From the NCBI RefSeq assembly GCF_001194135.2, contig NC_068999.1, positions 50,479,072 to 50,542,501 on the forward strand: a DNA stretch of 63,430 nucleotides. The letters run 5' to 3'. The first letter of the stretch is position 1. Each line of letters begins with the position of its first letter. Origin of the DNA: Octopus bimaculoides. Taxonomy: Eukaryota. Under the pieces are notes generated by a model, which searched no databases, was not told the DNA's origin, and saw only the letters and a list, made by a program, of their open reading frames with translations. Of the stretch, positions 27,186 through 41,139 are shown in pieces. Made by a program: the position numbers and the translations under genes.

Positions 27186-27861
27186 GTGTAAGTGCGTATA
27201 TATATATATGTATGTATTTAGATATGTATGTATGTCATTGTTCAGTTATATTTCAAGATTTCTAGCCAACGGAGAACGAGTCGGTTGCTAACCTAGATCC
27301 AAGGCTCCGTCATTGGAGTTTCAACATCAGCAAGTTATTTTTGTTTGTATGTGCAGGTTTGTATGCTTTGTTTTATGTACGTCTTCTCATGCATATAGTT
27401 GCATATCCAGACATGCCCATATATATTTGAATGATAAACTTTTAAAGTTTCACAGATTTTTTACAGTTCCAGTGATGGATTGAAATGTAGTCTTCGAATT
27501 AGCTTTCTCCATTCTGGTGTTGAGAAACCAAATTTCTCACGTATGCATGTCTCTTCTATTTTTTAATTATTCTAAATTTTCCACTGTTTGAAACAAAGAT
27601 ACAAGTTCCATCTTTGGAATGTAGTTAATACAGACATATTCACATTTGGAACTTAGGAAATGTTTTGCATACTTTTACTGTTCCACTCACAGATTGCATT
27701 TGTAATGCACGAATCAGCCGGTCAACTTCTCTTTCTGAAAATCCCAGTATGTATGTATGTATGTATGTATGTATGTATGTATGTATGTATNNNNNNNNNN
27801 ATGTATGTATGTATGTATGTATGTATGTATGTATGTATTTATGTATGTAACTCTGTATTTG

Positions 27862-28249
27862 GTGGAGGCGCAATGGCCCAGTGGTTAGGGCAGTGGACTC
27901 GCGGTCATAGGATTGCGGTTTCGATTCCCAGACCGGGCGTTGTGAGTGTTTATTGAGCGAAAACACCTAAAGCTGCACGAGGCTCCGGCAGGGGATGGTG
28001 GCGAACCCTGCTGTACTCTTCCACCACAACTTTCTCTCACTCTTTCTTCCTGTTTCTGTTGTGCCTGTAATTCAAAGGGTCAACCTTGTCACACTGTATC
28101 ACGCTGAATATCCCCGAGAACTACGTTAAGGGTACACGTGTCTATGGAGTGCTCAGCCACTTGCACGTTAACTTCACGAGCAGGCTGTTCCGTTGATCGG
28201 ATCGACTGGAATCCTCGACGTCGTAAGCGACGGAGTGCCAACAACAACA
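27862..28249 (+). mobile_element. Full-length tRNA-derived SINE family C with 13-bp target-site duplication
   Basis: A-box-like tggcccagtggtta, B-box-like gtttcgattccc, (AAC)n tail, flanked by aactctgtatttg at 27849-27861 and 28250-28262. Confidence 0.92.
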
Positions 28250-28737
28250 AACTCTGTATTTGAGTTACATTTCCTGAATGTGGAGCTCATTAAAAGGAAT
28301 AACGCAAAATAAAAATGAAAATATAAATACCAAATATAGACTTCCACTTTCTTTGCTATTACTACGACTGCAATATATTTGTTTCAAGCAATCATTAGTC
28401 CATCTGATAATCTGTCGGCTGTAAATAACAGTATTTTCACACCTTATCTCTTTGGAGTAGTGGAGTTATTTAGTGATATCTGTTCACGCATAAATCACCA
28501 GGAGCATGCGTCAGATGGACTTATACCACTACAGCGGTGTCACAAAAATAAATCCTTCACGTGTTTAATTGAACAGTTGGCTTTATCGGGATGCTAGCTT
28601 ATAAATCTATGATTTATTTATTCGTATATGAAGCTGCAGAAACTAATCAGATAATCACACCTTTTCTTTTTTTCTCTAATATTCTATTTATACTGCCTCA
28701 AAATGTACAAGTACACGATACGTACATACATACATAC

Positions 28738-28791
<54 letters not shown>

Positions 28792-28929
28792 AGTGTGTGT
28801 GTGTGTGTGTGTCTGTGTGTGTGTGTATNNNNNNNNNNNNNNNNNNNNNNNNNNNNNNNNNNNNNNNNNNNNNNNNNNNNNNNNNNNNNNNNNNNNNNNN
28901 NNNNNATATATATATATATATGTATGTGC

Positions 28930-29140
28930 GTGTATATGTTTACGTGTCTGTGATTGTACCCCCAACATCGCTTGACAACAGATGGTGGTGTGTTTATGTT
29001 CCCCTTAAATTAGCGGTTCGGCAAAAGAGGCCGATAGAATTAGTACTAGGCTTACAAAGAATAAGTCCTGGGGTCGATCTGCTCGACTAAAGGCGGTGCC
29101 CCAGCATGGCCGCAGTCAAATGACTGAGACAAATAAAAGA
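28930..29140 (+). mobile_element. SINE family B, 3' half
   Basis: ccccaacatcgcttgacaac...tagcggttcggcaaaagag...ggcggtgccccagcatggccgcagtcaaatgactga. Confidence 0.88.
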
Positions 29141-29181
29141 GTAAACAGTAAATATATATATATATATATATATATACACAA

Positions 29182-29221
<40 letters not shown>

Positions 29222-29304
29222 TATATACATTGTATCTGTATTCGTGTAGGTTAAGCTAGAGAGTGAGGGAGTAAGGAAACAAAATCGTATACATATGGCT
29301 ACAA

Positions 29305-29394
<90 letters not shown>

Positions 29395-29899
29395 GCTGTT
29401 ATTATTATTGCAGTTGCTATTATCATCATCATCATCACCATCACCAATATAGTTATCGTAGTTGTGGTTATAAATTTGCAATTTGTTACTGAAATCAAAT
29501 AAAACATTTATTTTGATTTGCAATCATATTCACTTGACCTTTAGATTACAACAAAACTATTTTTTTTTTTTTTAGATGAAAATGGAAATATATAAACCTC
29601 TTTTCCAATATATAGACTTTCAAAATAGAATCGATCTGCATACGCGATGATAAATGAACATTCTTTGCACATGTTAGTCATTGCCTATTAAAATATTGGA
29701 GTCGACTATACCGAGTCCAGTTTCTGACTGTCAGTACGCGCATACGGTTTTATACTTTGCACGCTCCGCAACGAATGTGACTTGGTAACCCATACTACAC
29801 TTTCACCAACAGTTTCTCAAAACATAGACACCCACTCAGCTCTTTGCTTTCACCTCCATTTAGTAGAACATCAAATATGTGTCGGCTGGGGAGGGATAA

Positions 29900-30322
29900 G
29901 GCTGCACGAGTACCCAGCAGTTACTAATTACAGCTGAATACACTGCAGCAACGTAGAGTGAATTGCCTTGCTCAGGGATAGAATGCATTTTACAGTTCAG
30001 GAATCAAACCGACGACATTCTGATCAGACGCTGAGCACCATGGTCACTAGGACACCTGCTTCCACACATTAAAGAACGCAAGTCTCCCAAATTATGTTCC
30101 AAATGTGATCTCCGTGACTTGTAGAATTATAACATTCGAATACAACCTTTAATTTGTCGAGTTGGCAAAATCGTTTGTGCGTCAGACGGGATCGATGAAC
30201 GTAGAGTGAAGTGTCATGTTCGAGGAGAAAATGTACTACGCAGTAGAATAACCAAACTGAGGACATTATGATCAAGAGCTGAACCCTATAGTCACTAGGA
30301 TATCCACTTCCACACATTAAAG
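29900..30322 (-). mobile_element. Two tandem degenerate SINE heads (D-like)
   Basis: Both end in gtcactagga...cttccacacattaaag (about 30043-30074 and 30291-30322). Confidence 0.55.
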
Positions 30323-30699
30323 GACACAAGTACTGGAGTTGATGTAATCGCCTAGTACCCTCTCTTCAAAATTATGGTCCGAGCAGCGGGACGCCAGTCC
30401 GTTCAAGGGGAACGTTGCGCCATGGAAACTGTGTATTCAGCCTTATTAGCTGAAGGATACGAGCAAGTGATTAAAAATAAAACTTTTATCAATTTTAAAT
30501 CAAAGATCAGAATGGATTTCGCTTTAATCATTCAAGGGTTAGGTGACGGTCATAAACAAGGAACGGATTAATTCTACCGTCCATTTTAAGAGGATAAATT
30601 TCTCGTATATAAGTGTTTTAGGTTATTATAATAATTCATTTCTCCGACAGTTTATGGACTGCTGAACTTAAAACTGTGTAGTGAATATTTAGACGAAGT

Positions 30700-30925
30700 A
30701 AGGCGGCGAGTTGGCAGAGTCGTTAGTCGTTAGTCTGTCGGGATTAATACTTGGAGACATTTCGTGTTTTTTTAAGTTCTAAGTTCAAATGCCGCAGAGG
30801 TCGAACTTGACTTTCAGTCCTTTTGGAATGGATAAAATAAATGCAAGCTGAGTACTGGGGTCAATGTAATCGACTTAACTCTTCCCCGAAATTGCTGGCC
30901 TTGTGCCCAAATCAGAAATCAATAT
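30700..30925 (+). mobile_element. SINE family A
   Basis: aaggcggcgagttggcagagtcgttag...agttcaaatgccgcagaggtcga...aaattgctggccttgtgcc. Confidence 0.85.
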
Positions 30926-31128
30926 TTGACGAATTATTGTTTTTCTGATTTGGTTAGAAAGAATATTGAAATTAATAGCACGCCTATTAGGGAATGTAGC
31001 CGGCAATAATTACTTTGTGGCGCTGTCAGATCTGCAATGCATCATTGGATAATGCGAAAGCAATAGAGAACTTTTGCGCAACCAGCTTAACTGCTGCCAG
31101 CCCACTGTAGGTTCATTTGTACTAGCAT

Positions 31129-31167
<39 letters not shown>

Positions 31168-31312
31168 TGTATATCCTGAGTTGCAAAAAATGTATACGTG
31201 TGAATGAATTGAGATATCTATGCCAGCATGCATGTCATTTTGTGTGGATCTGATCATTGTCACAGAACAATTTATCCCTGTTTCTCTCTCACTCTCTCTG
31301 TCTGTCTATCTG

Positions 31313-31382
<70 letters not shown>

Positions 31383-31458
31383 CATCTGTCTATCTATCTG
31401 TTTATCTATCAATCTATTTATCTCAATCTTCCCTTTCGCTCTTTCACTCTTTCACCCC

Positions 31459-31508
<50 letters not shown>

Positions 31509-32214
31509 TAGATTCATACATAGACATAGACACATACGTGTGTATATGAATATGTATTTCTGAGTCTGCTGTGCGTGTGTTTGTATTTTCTTTATGTATA
31601 GCTAACTGTATACGTATGTTTATCAGACAATAGATTTTAATAGGATAAAACGGAATAACATCTTTAGTAAAATGCAGACTGAATAGCAATGCAGTGGTTA
31701 AAACACCATATAGTAGCAACAACAACAACAACAATAACAAGAACAACAGGAGCAAAAGCAGCAGCAACAACAACAACAGCAACAAATGTACCAGAGGACT
31801 GCGTATGAACATGAGGCAATATTAGCTTGTTATCCAAAACAACGTTACTAGAGAATGTTTTGGGTAAACATAGAAAGACTATAGCAGACACTGGATAACA
31901 ATGGAACGAATAGACTCTATTCTCATTAAGAATTGATTCCAGTTAAAATTAATCGTTGTAAATATAGTGATTTCGTTATTGAAGCTCACCCAAAGGACCT
32001 TTTCCGATAACAGAAAAAAAAAAAAAAAAATTAATTGTAGAGTTCTCAATTGCTGGCAGAAATTGTTAAATTGTTTGCCAACATTTCATCGGGCCTATCT
32101 ACGCATTTGTTTCCTGTTTCTTTGTTTACATGTAGATCGTTTGAGCCCCTTTTGTTCCACATATGTTGATCCATTGCCTTCAGAAGTAAAAACTCAAATA
32201 AGGATCAGCTACAC

Positions 32215-32330
32215 CAGCGGTTCTCAACCGGGGTTCATATAGCCCTTAGGGGGGTTCATATTAGATTTTGTTGTTAAGATCTATCTGCAATAAACTGGTT
32301 GTGTAGTTTGCCGGGCATATTTTATAACAA
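32215..32330 (+). mobile_element. Possible hAT (Charlie-like) transposon end
   Basis: cagcggttctcaacc resembles the hAT-Charlie TIR; no partner end was found. Confidence 0.3.
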
Positions 32331-32539
32331 AATATATGTCATCCTTTCACCTTTGTAGATCTTGGCCAGATAGTGGAAAATGTCTTAAGCTCTCCTATCC
32401 AGATGACCACACCAGAAATCGTGATACGCTGTGTAAAATACACACACACAAACACAGGTACACACACAAACAAACACACACACACACACACACACACAAG
32501 CACACACACAGACACACCCACAAGAACGTACTCTCTCTC

Positions 32540-32710
32540 TCACACACACGCCAAATCTTTTTCAATATCCATCTACAAAATTCATCAGGCTTTGGTTAGC
32601 CCGGAGCTATAGTAGAAAGCGCTTCCTCAAGGTGCCCCGCAGTAGGACTGAACTCGAAACCATATAGTTACGAATCAAACTATGTACAACACAGCTACGC
32701 TTGCGCCATA
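32540..32710 (-). mobile_element. SINE family B, 5' half
   Basis: ccatctacaaaattcatcaggctttggttagcccggagctatagtagaa...caaggtgccccgcagtaggactgaac. Confidence 0.8.
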
Positions 32711-33396
32711 AAGAAACTTCATCTTTCAGTTCCATTAGGTTATGTCAAGGATCAAGTTGATATTCCTATCTTTCGAGATCGATAAATTGTGTACCAGAAA
32801 ATATACTGGGTTAAATACGATGAACTAAAACTTTGAAAACGAAAACGAAGTTAAAACAGTAAGACAATACTCAGCCTGCAGCAAATCTATAGAGCTCAGA
32901 CGATGCTACTTTAAAACAAAGATGAGGAATCAAATTATGTTTCAATTTACATATGTCATCTGCAAAACCTCTTATGTATGTTTTCGAAAAAAACAAAAAA
33001 AAAAAAGATCAACAAAAAACAAAAGAAAATTGATTTTAATTTAGCAAAGGACGAAAGGAAAACTAAACGAATAATATAATACACCATATAAGCTGAAAGG
33101 AAATAAAAATGAAATATTTGAAGTAGCTCACGCGAATTATGGTTAATAGAATATTTTGTTGCCTACGAAAAGGACGAGAAATATTATTTGTCGATTCTTG
33201 AGATAATTTCATTACATTACCATTTTCCTCTCTTTCGCAAATTCGTGATGACGAGCAGACCATTAGAAATAAAATCGCTCTCTGAAATTCTTCTCGAGGA
33301 TGTGTCCTTTTAAGAAATGTCTGATGCAATTATAACAAAGTCACGAGTTATGTTTCGATATACGGTATTCTTTCAAATATTCGACAATATATTTAT

Positions 33397-33790
33397 AGGC
33401 GCAAGGTGCGGCTGTGTGGTAAGAAGCCTTCTGAGTTCAAATTCCGCCGTGGTTGATTTTGCCTTTTATTCGTTCGGGGTTGATAAAATAAGCACCAGTC
33501 TATTACTGGGGTCAATGAAATCGACTAGCCCCGCCCTCACAAAATTTCAGGTCTTGTGCTTACAGTAGAAAGCATTATTATTTATCTGCTGTAAAGCGAC
33601 GAGCTGACAGAATCGCAAGCGCGTCGGACAAAATGGTTAGCGGCATTTCTTCCGGCTCTTTAAGTCCTGAGTTACGTTTTCATTCTGCCGGGATCGATAA
33701 AATACAGTACCACCCAACTACATCAGTCGAACACACACACAAACACTCTTAAAATTACTGGTTTTGTGCCAAAACTAGAAATAATTATTT
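33397..33790 (+). mobile_element. Chimeric B-head/A-body SINE followed by a second family A copy
   Basis: ggcgcaaggtgcggctgtgtggtaagaagc joined to ttctgagttcaaattccgccg; a second A head begins at about 33592. Confidence 0.75.
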
Positions 33791-34354
33791 ACGCTGATCT
33801 GGATAATAAAGAAAAAAAATTAATGGCCAATCTGTATCAGTAAAAACTCAGCAGAATATCCATTTGATGAAAAACAAATAAAAGAGTGGTGCCGATGAGA
33901 GAGATTTACATGGCCTAAGAAACTGCATGTGATCCTCAAAAACTCTTACCCGGACCGGCGCATACATATGCAGACATACCTTCTACCTTGACCCTCGGTG
34001 GTCTTTATTGGTCAAGTTAAAACTAGAGAAATTTTGAATTTCGATCTTAAAGAAGCCAACTGAAATAATGGACACTACCATACATATCAGCCTGTTATCA
34101 AAATTTTCAAAGACTAAGATATAATTTGGTTATTTCAAGCTTCAAAGCTAATAGTTAAACGTGTATAGGTAAGTGATCTTCAGTATATGACTGTAAATTA
34201 TTTGATCAAAGCCATATGAATGATCGCAAAGTTATTGGAAATCAGACTTCGAATTGATGAAGCTAAATAATCGCAGATATTTTAACCTCTTATAGAGTCA
34301 TTCCAAAGCCATCTTCTTTATTTTCAAATTACAAAAACAACCACAATAACAATG

Positions 34355-34575
34355 ATAATAATGGTTTCAAATTGTGCCACAAGGACAGCAATTTTGGGGA
34401 AGGGATCAGTCGATTACATCGAGCCCAGTGTTTCTTTGATACTTAATTTATCGACCCCGAAAGGATGAAAGACAAAGTGGATCTCGGCGGAATTTGAGTT
34501 GAGAACGTAGAGACGGGCGAAATAGCGTTAAGCATTTCGTCCGGCGTGCTAACGATTCTGCCAGCTCACCGCTGT
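34355..34575 (-). mobile_element. SINE family A abutting a long (AAT)n
   Basis: ttcgtccggcgtgctaacgattctgccagctcaccgc; (AAT)n at 34578-34700. Confidence 0.88.
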
Positions 34576-34588
34576 TTTAATAATAATA

Positions 34589-34682
<94 letters not shown>

Positions 34683-36263
34683 TAATAATAATAATAATGA
34701 TTGCGAGAAAAAATAGATACATACACTTTATGCACACATTTATACATGTGTGCATGTAATAACACACACACATACACACACACATACACACACACACACA
34801 AACACTCACTCACAAACACACACGTATTTGATCGAAGATAGATATTTTAGCATATTTTATTTTAAGAAAATAAATTCTGAGAAAGCAGTTTTATTCGTAC
34901 TTTTCCCTATACCAGTGTCAACAGATGGTTTTTTTTTTATTTTTAAATTTTTGCTCGCCATCTCATTTCCCAATAGACAGTGAATGATGGTGCGAATAGT
35001 AGTAAAAAGTAACACAATTCACTATAATGTTGTATGAGAAGAGGAACCCTTCGCTGAAATTTCAATCAATGCAAAAGAAAATAACACAAACGCTTCTAAC
35101 AGCCGCCATTTTTTTATTTCATCGGGAATTTATGTTTCCTTTTGACCTCGAACGAAGAAAGCTAATATCAAAATGGAAGCATTTGCTAGACTCTATGATG
35201 TCATCAAAGACTTCTAACTTAAATTATTGCTTCAGAACAAGCGGGTAAAGATAAATCTTGAGCGCCTAAATTAAAATTTCTCTCACTTCTTTTTATAAAT
35301 GTTAACTTTTGTCTTTTAAATTTCTCTATTAAAAAAATATTTGATACATTATTAGAAAGGTTAACAAATTGCTTCCATTTCCTTGAAGACTAAAAGACAT
35401 GTCACTTATAATTCCAATTTCCCTAATTATGTTATCTTTTAGCAAATTAACATTAAAATTACTGGACGGACTCGCTGAGTGTAAAGCATCAAAATGGAGG
35501 AAAATATTTCACTTCTGAGTTGCAGATTCAACACTTGATTTATCACTAATATTTTCTCAGGTCAGTGGTAAACCTTTGAAAAAAGTATTATATAGGACTT
35601 CAACGTCAGACAGTAAATTATGATTTAGATAGATGACTTCAATGTCTGAAAAATCACATTATTGTTTTATTTTTTATTTAGGTGATATTAATTTATAACA
35701 GGACGTCTGCTTTAAGAGCGGCATGGCTCTAAAGCATGGGAGAACATATCTGAGTTCAGATGTATGGTTACGACTTTATATTATGCATTCAGCAGTAGAT
35801 ACAAACAGGAGATTAGCCATATTGAACACTTTCTAGAACGTCTGCTGACTATCCAACGTAACTGCATGAATTGAAATATTGTGGAATGAAGTTTTTACAC
35901 TTAGAAACATCATAAAAAGTCAGTAATAATTTCGCAGTTATACTTATAATAAATTACTTATGTGTAAACGCTTTCTCTCGAAATTAAATTACTGTACACA
36001 GTTCTATATATTTAATGTTCCAGAAGTTCGTTTCGCAAACATATGTTTCTTCAGAGAGTGGGCAAACGAATGAAGGGCACTCAACACGTTTATTGGGAGT
36101 TATGTGTATGGATCATGACAGTTTGATTTAAAATCCGTGGCACTTACATGTTCATCCTCAACCATTCAAATTTCCAATGACTGAGGACAGGCACCAGGCT
36201 TTGAAACTTTAAATACCACGAATGTTGAATCAAAATATTTTGATCCATCTACCCATGCACCCC

Positions 36264-36343
<80 letters not shown>

Positions 36344-36349
36344 TCTTTA

Positions 36350-36570
36350 CGACGAGGGTTCCAGATGATTCAATCAACGGAACAGCCTGGTCCTGAAATT
36401 AACGTGTAAGTGGCTGAGCACTCCACAGACTGCTTTATCTGTAACATAGTTCGCAGGGAGATTCTGCGTGATACTAAATATGACAAGAGTGGTCCTTTGA
36501 ACTTCAGATACAACCCAACTTTGCCAGCTGGAGCAACATGAAATAAAGTAACTTGCTCAAGGACACAACA
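36350..36570 (-). mobile_element. SINE family D, partial
   Basis: tcaacggaacagcctg...aagtggctgagcactccacagac...gccagctggagcaacatgaaataaagtaacttgctcaaggacacaac. Confidence 0.82.
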
Positions 36571-36642
36571 GAATGTAAATCGCACTCACACGCACGTTCG
36601 TATGCAGGCATATTTAGATACAGAGAAACAGTGTGTGTGTGC

Positions 36643-36699
<57 letters not shown>

Positions 36700-37242
36700 T
36701 CAAAGAACCAAAGAAGTATAGAAATAGACATTACATAATATATATTAGTAAAGAAAATGTGAAATTATACATCCACAAATTCGTGTGTCGCGTGCACACG
36801 TGTGTATATATATGTGCGTCTGTATGAGTTATAAGGATGCGGTTGGCTACACAAAACTAGTAACTTGCAAAACGGAAAGAAAAAATAAAGATCCGTCCGA
36901 AGATATGTGGTATAAAAGGAAATTGGAGGACAATCATTATTAGTAACCATAACAATTACACTGAAATGTTGGCGTCTTTTAGCAATCTGAGACGATGATT
37001 TCTCCAAGTGGAATCATGTAAAATTACCTCAGTTGTTATAATTGTAAAGAAAATCAAAAGCTTCCAAAATATACCTTCTCTAATCGGTCGCGAAATTCCT
37101 GCATCTAGATTTGAATTGAGTGCGTATGTATGCGATGTTACGTTATGTTGGTCTGGTTGTATATGTGCATGTATATACTGTATGTGTGTATGCATGTATA
37201 TATCAATGCATTTATACAGGCAGAGACACAGACACAAACACA

Positions 37243-37311
<69 letters not shown>

Positions 37312-37699
37312 GCACACATATATATTATACAAACATAGTTGTTTGTACAGCGATAGATGTAGCTAGAGAAATAGGTAAATATACATATATTTGTAATATC
37401 ATTCAGGCTGCAGTCATATTTCACATGACATAATGGCTATGTAATACATGCTGTAATGCCTCTCTGTTTCGTCACTAATTACATGTATTTTAAATCATTA
37501 TTTCCTGTACTTCATACGACGTAAAAGAAAACATTCTTTTGGCAGGTATCATATATATATATATATATTATATTATATTTATATATATATTATATATTAT
37601 ATATGTATATATATATTATATATATATGTATGTATATATATATATATATATATTATATCTATTATATGTATATATATATATATATATATNNNNNNNNNN

Positions 37700-37731
<32 letters not shown>

Positions 37732-37762
37732 AGAGAAAGATAGAGAGAGAGCGCGAGAAAGA

Positions 37763-37798
<36 letters not shown>

Positions 37799-37799
37799 A

Positions 37800-37905
37800 T
37801 ACACGCAAGTTCAGCTGTGTGGTAAGAAGCTTCCTTACACACTATACGGTTCTAGGTTCAGTTCCACTACGTGGCAACTTGGGCGAGTGTCTCCTGCTAT
37901 GGCGA
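37800..37905 (+). mobile_element. SINE family B head fragment
   Basis: agctgtgtggtaagaagcttcc...ggttcagttccactacgtggcaactttgggcgagtgtc. Confidence 0.75.
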
Positions 37906-38392
37906 ATGTCACCTAGTATACGAATATTTCAGAGTGTTTGGGTGTCAATCACTCGGCTGAAAAAGCCAGGTTCTTAGCTATACATCCATGCCTGCGCATA
38001 TACTTGGAAATGAGAAACTAATGAGAAAAAGTAAAGGCGACAGAAATACGTATACAGTACGAAGACCAATAATAATGGAAATGCTAAGACATCTACGATT
38101 TCTGTTTGAGAAATTTCAATTTATGAATTATTCCATTTGAACAGCCAGTTTAGTCTGGAGAGAAAGTGTAACCTTGGAGCAACCGTGACATTACATAACC
38201 AGATGTACTATTTTATTAATATTTGATTAGTTTGAAGTAAATTGCATTTGCGAAATTAATAACACTTTATTCATGTATTTGTCTTTGAAAACACGACCAG
38301 GTTTTTACTTGTGACTAGGGCAACAGTTTACTCGCGTCTGTCTAATTTACGCGCTAAACCGATGGTCACTCTCTGACCAGCAATAAAGATCA

Positions 38393-38430
<38 letters not shown>

Positions 38431-38859
38431 AGACAAGAAAGAAAAATACTGGGGTAGAGAATTGAAATCACCGCAATGACGAAAAGACTGAGAAAAACAA
38501 AACAGAACAAAGAAACAAACAAATAATCAAAAACAAAACAAAAAACAAAAAAAAAAATGGAAAAGAGCATTGCCCTAGGAAGCAATATCAATCACACATA
38601 CGCCTAAGAACGGAATTGAGAAGAATGAATCGGTAAGTATGTTATTAATGATGTTGTAGTGTCTAATTTATCAAGATTGGCAGACGGAAGAATGTTGAAG
38701 TCAATGTTGGTTACAGAGAACCGTACAAGGAAACTGGAATAAAGAGATTTCACATCCATTACGATACATTTCATTTCGGCTTTCACCGACTTAGAACGAC
38801 CATCTACTTATGTATTATCATTATCAGCATCATCATCAAAATTATTATTATTATTATTG

Positions 38860-38903
<44 letters not shown>

Positions 38904-38966
38904 TTATTATAGTTGTGGTTCTTGTTATTGTACGCCCTGTTTGGCACACAGGAGTTACTGCTGCAG

Positions 38967-39037
<71 letters not shown>

Positions 39038-39147
39038 GTTGTTGTTATTGTTGGTTTGCTGACTTTTACATTATATGTATGTTATGTCATTTAAATTTTT
39101 GCCGGTTTCTCTGCTAGTCTGAGAACGGGCTTGTAAGCATAACTAAC

Positions 39148-39179
<32 letters not shown>

Positions 39180-39628
39180 TGTATGTGTAAATTTATGCAG
39201 GCATGTATTACGCTTGTATTGATGTAACTATCTGTCTAACTATATATGTTCGCAAATATGTATGTATATATGTATGTATATATGTATGTATATACTTATG
39301 CAGGCATGCATTACGTATGTATATACTTCATCATGATCACGATATTATCCTCGGGATCAACATCATCAACATCACCATCATCGTTCTCATGATTATCATA
39401 GCCATTATTATCATCATGGCCGTCACTTTCTTCCTCACAATGAAAGTATCATAATTAATGAAGATGATGTAATCAGAAGAAACCGCAGCGAAGCAGATGC
39501 ACTGAATGTGAAAAATTTGGTTGTGGAATTAGATACATACACATACACTTGTCTGTGTGTGCGTGTGCGTGTGTGTACGTGTGCGCACACGTGTGTTTCT
39601 ATATAAAGATACATACATATATATATGA

Positions 39629-39661
<33 letters not shown>

Positions 39662-40497
39662 NNNNNNNNNNNNNNNNNNNNNNNNNNNNNNNNNNNNNNN
39701 NNNNNNNNNNNNNNNNNNNNNNNNNNNNNNNNNNNNNNNNNNNNNNNNNNNNNNNNNNNNNNNNNNNNNNNNNNNNNNNNNNNNNNNNNNNNNNNNNNNN
39801 NNNNNNNNNNNNNNNNNNNNNNNNNNNNNNNNNNNNNNNNNNNNNNNNNNNNNNNNNNNNNNNNNNNNNNNNNNNNNNNNNNNNNNNNNNNNNNNNNNNN
39901 NNNNNNNNNNNNNNNNNNNNNNNNNNNNNNNNNNNNNNNNNNNNNNNNNNNNNNNNNNNNNNNNNNNNNNNNNNNNNNNNNNNNNNNNNNNNNNNNNNNN
40001 NNNNNNNNNNNNNNNNNNNNNNNNNNNNNNNNNNNNNNNNNNNNNNNNNNNNNNNNNNNNNNNNNNNNNNNNNNNNNNNNNNNNNNNNNNNNNNNNNNNN
40101 NNNNNNNNNNNNNNNNNNNNNNNNNNNNNNNNNNNNNNNNNNNNNNNNNNNNNNNNNNNNNNNNNNNNNNNNNNNNNNNNNNNNNNNNNNNNNNNNNNNN
40201 NNNNNNNNNNNNNNNNNNNNNNNNNNNNNNNNNNNNNNNNNNNNNNNNNNNNNNNNNNNNNNNNNNNNNNNNNNNNNNNNNNNNNNNNNNNNNNNNNNNN
40301 NNNNNNNNNNNNNNNNNNNNNNNNNNNNNNNNNNNNNNNNNNNNNNNNNNNNNNNNNNNNNNNNNNNNNNNNNNNNNNNNNNNNNNNNNNNNNNNNNNNN
40401 NNNNNNNNNNNNNNNNNNNNNNNNNNNNNNNNNNNNNNNNNNNNNNNNNNNNNNNNNNNNNNNNNNNNNNNNNNNNNNNNNNNNNNNNNNNNNNNNN

Positions 40498-40571
<74 letters not shown>

Positions 40572-41044
40572 AGTGTCTATGTGAATCTCTGTGAATCTCA
40601 ATGTACTGCCAAATATTCTATTAAGAGAGAGAGACAGACCGAATTAAGTGTTTACTAAAACGTAGCTGTTAATGTAATTAAATCAATTGTGAGATCAAAC
40701 AGTACAATTTGCTGATGCTGATAAAACAGAGGTTAAAACTATCCTGGATGGGCCATCAAATAGAAATAGCGGAATATTTCCTATCATGAACCCAGACACA
40801 GACACACGCATGCACGCACATTCATCACATATAATGGAGAGATGCTCAGTGTCTATTGCGTGTTTGTTGTACAGTGATTATAGAATATCCTATACAAAAG
40901 TGAATATGATTTGGGAAATCATAAATAGACAGATAGATACCTGCATATATCCTTATGTACAGAAGTCTTTCTATCTGTCCCTCCATAAAGGTATCCCACC
41001 ATTCATCCTTCTATCCATTTCTCCATCCATCTATGTCTTCATCC

Positions 41045-41108
<64 letters not shown>

Positions 41109-41139
41109 GCTCCAAAAGATTAGCCTTTGTTTTTTAGGA

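Noticed and set aside
27864-27940. tRNA-like sequence
   Set aside because: It continues into a SINE body, tail and TSD; no complete acceptor stem is evident.
36149-36270. KPGACP (WAP-domain-like start) before a gtaagt donor
   Set aside because: In-frame stop five codons later, no further cysteines, no pyrimidine-rich acceptor.
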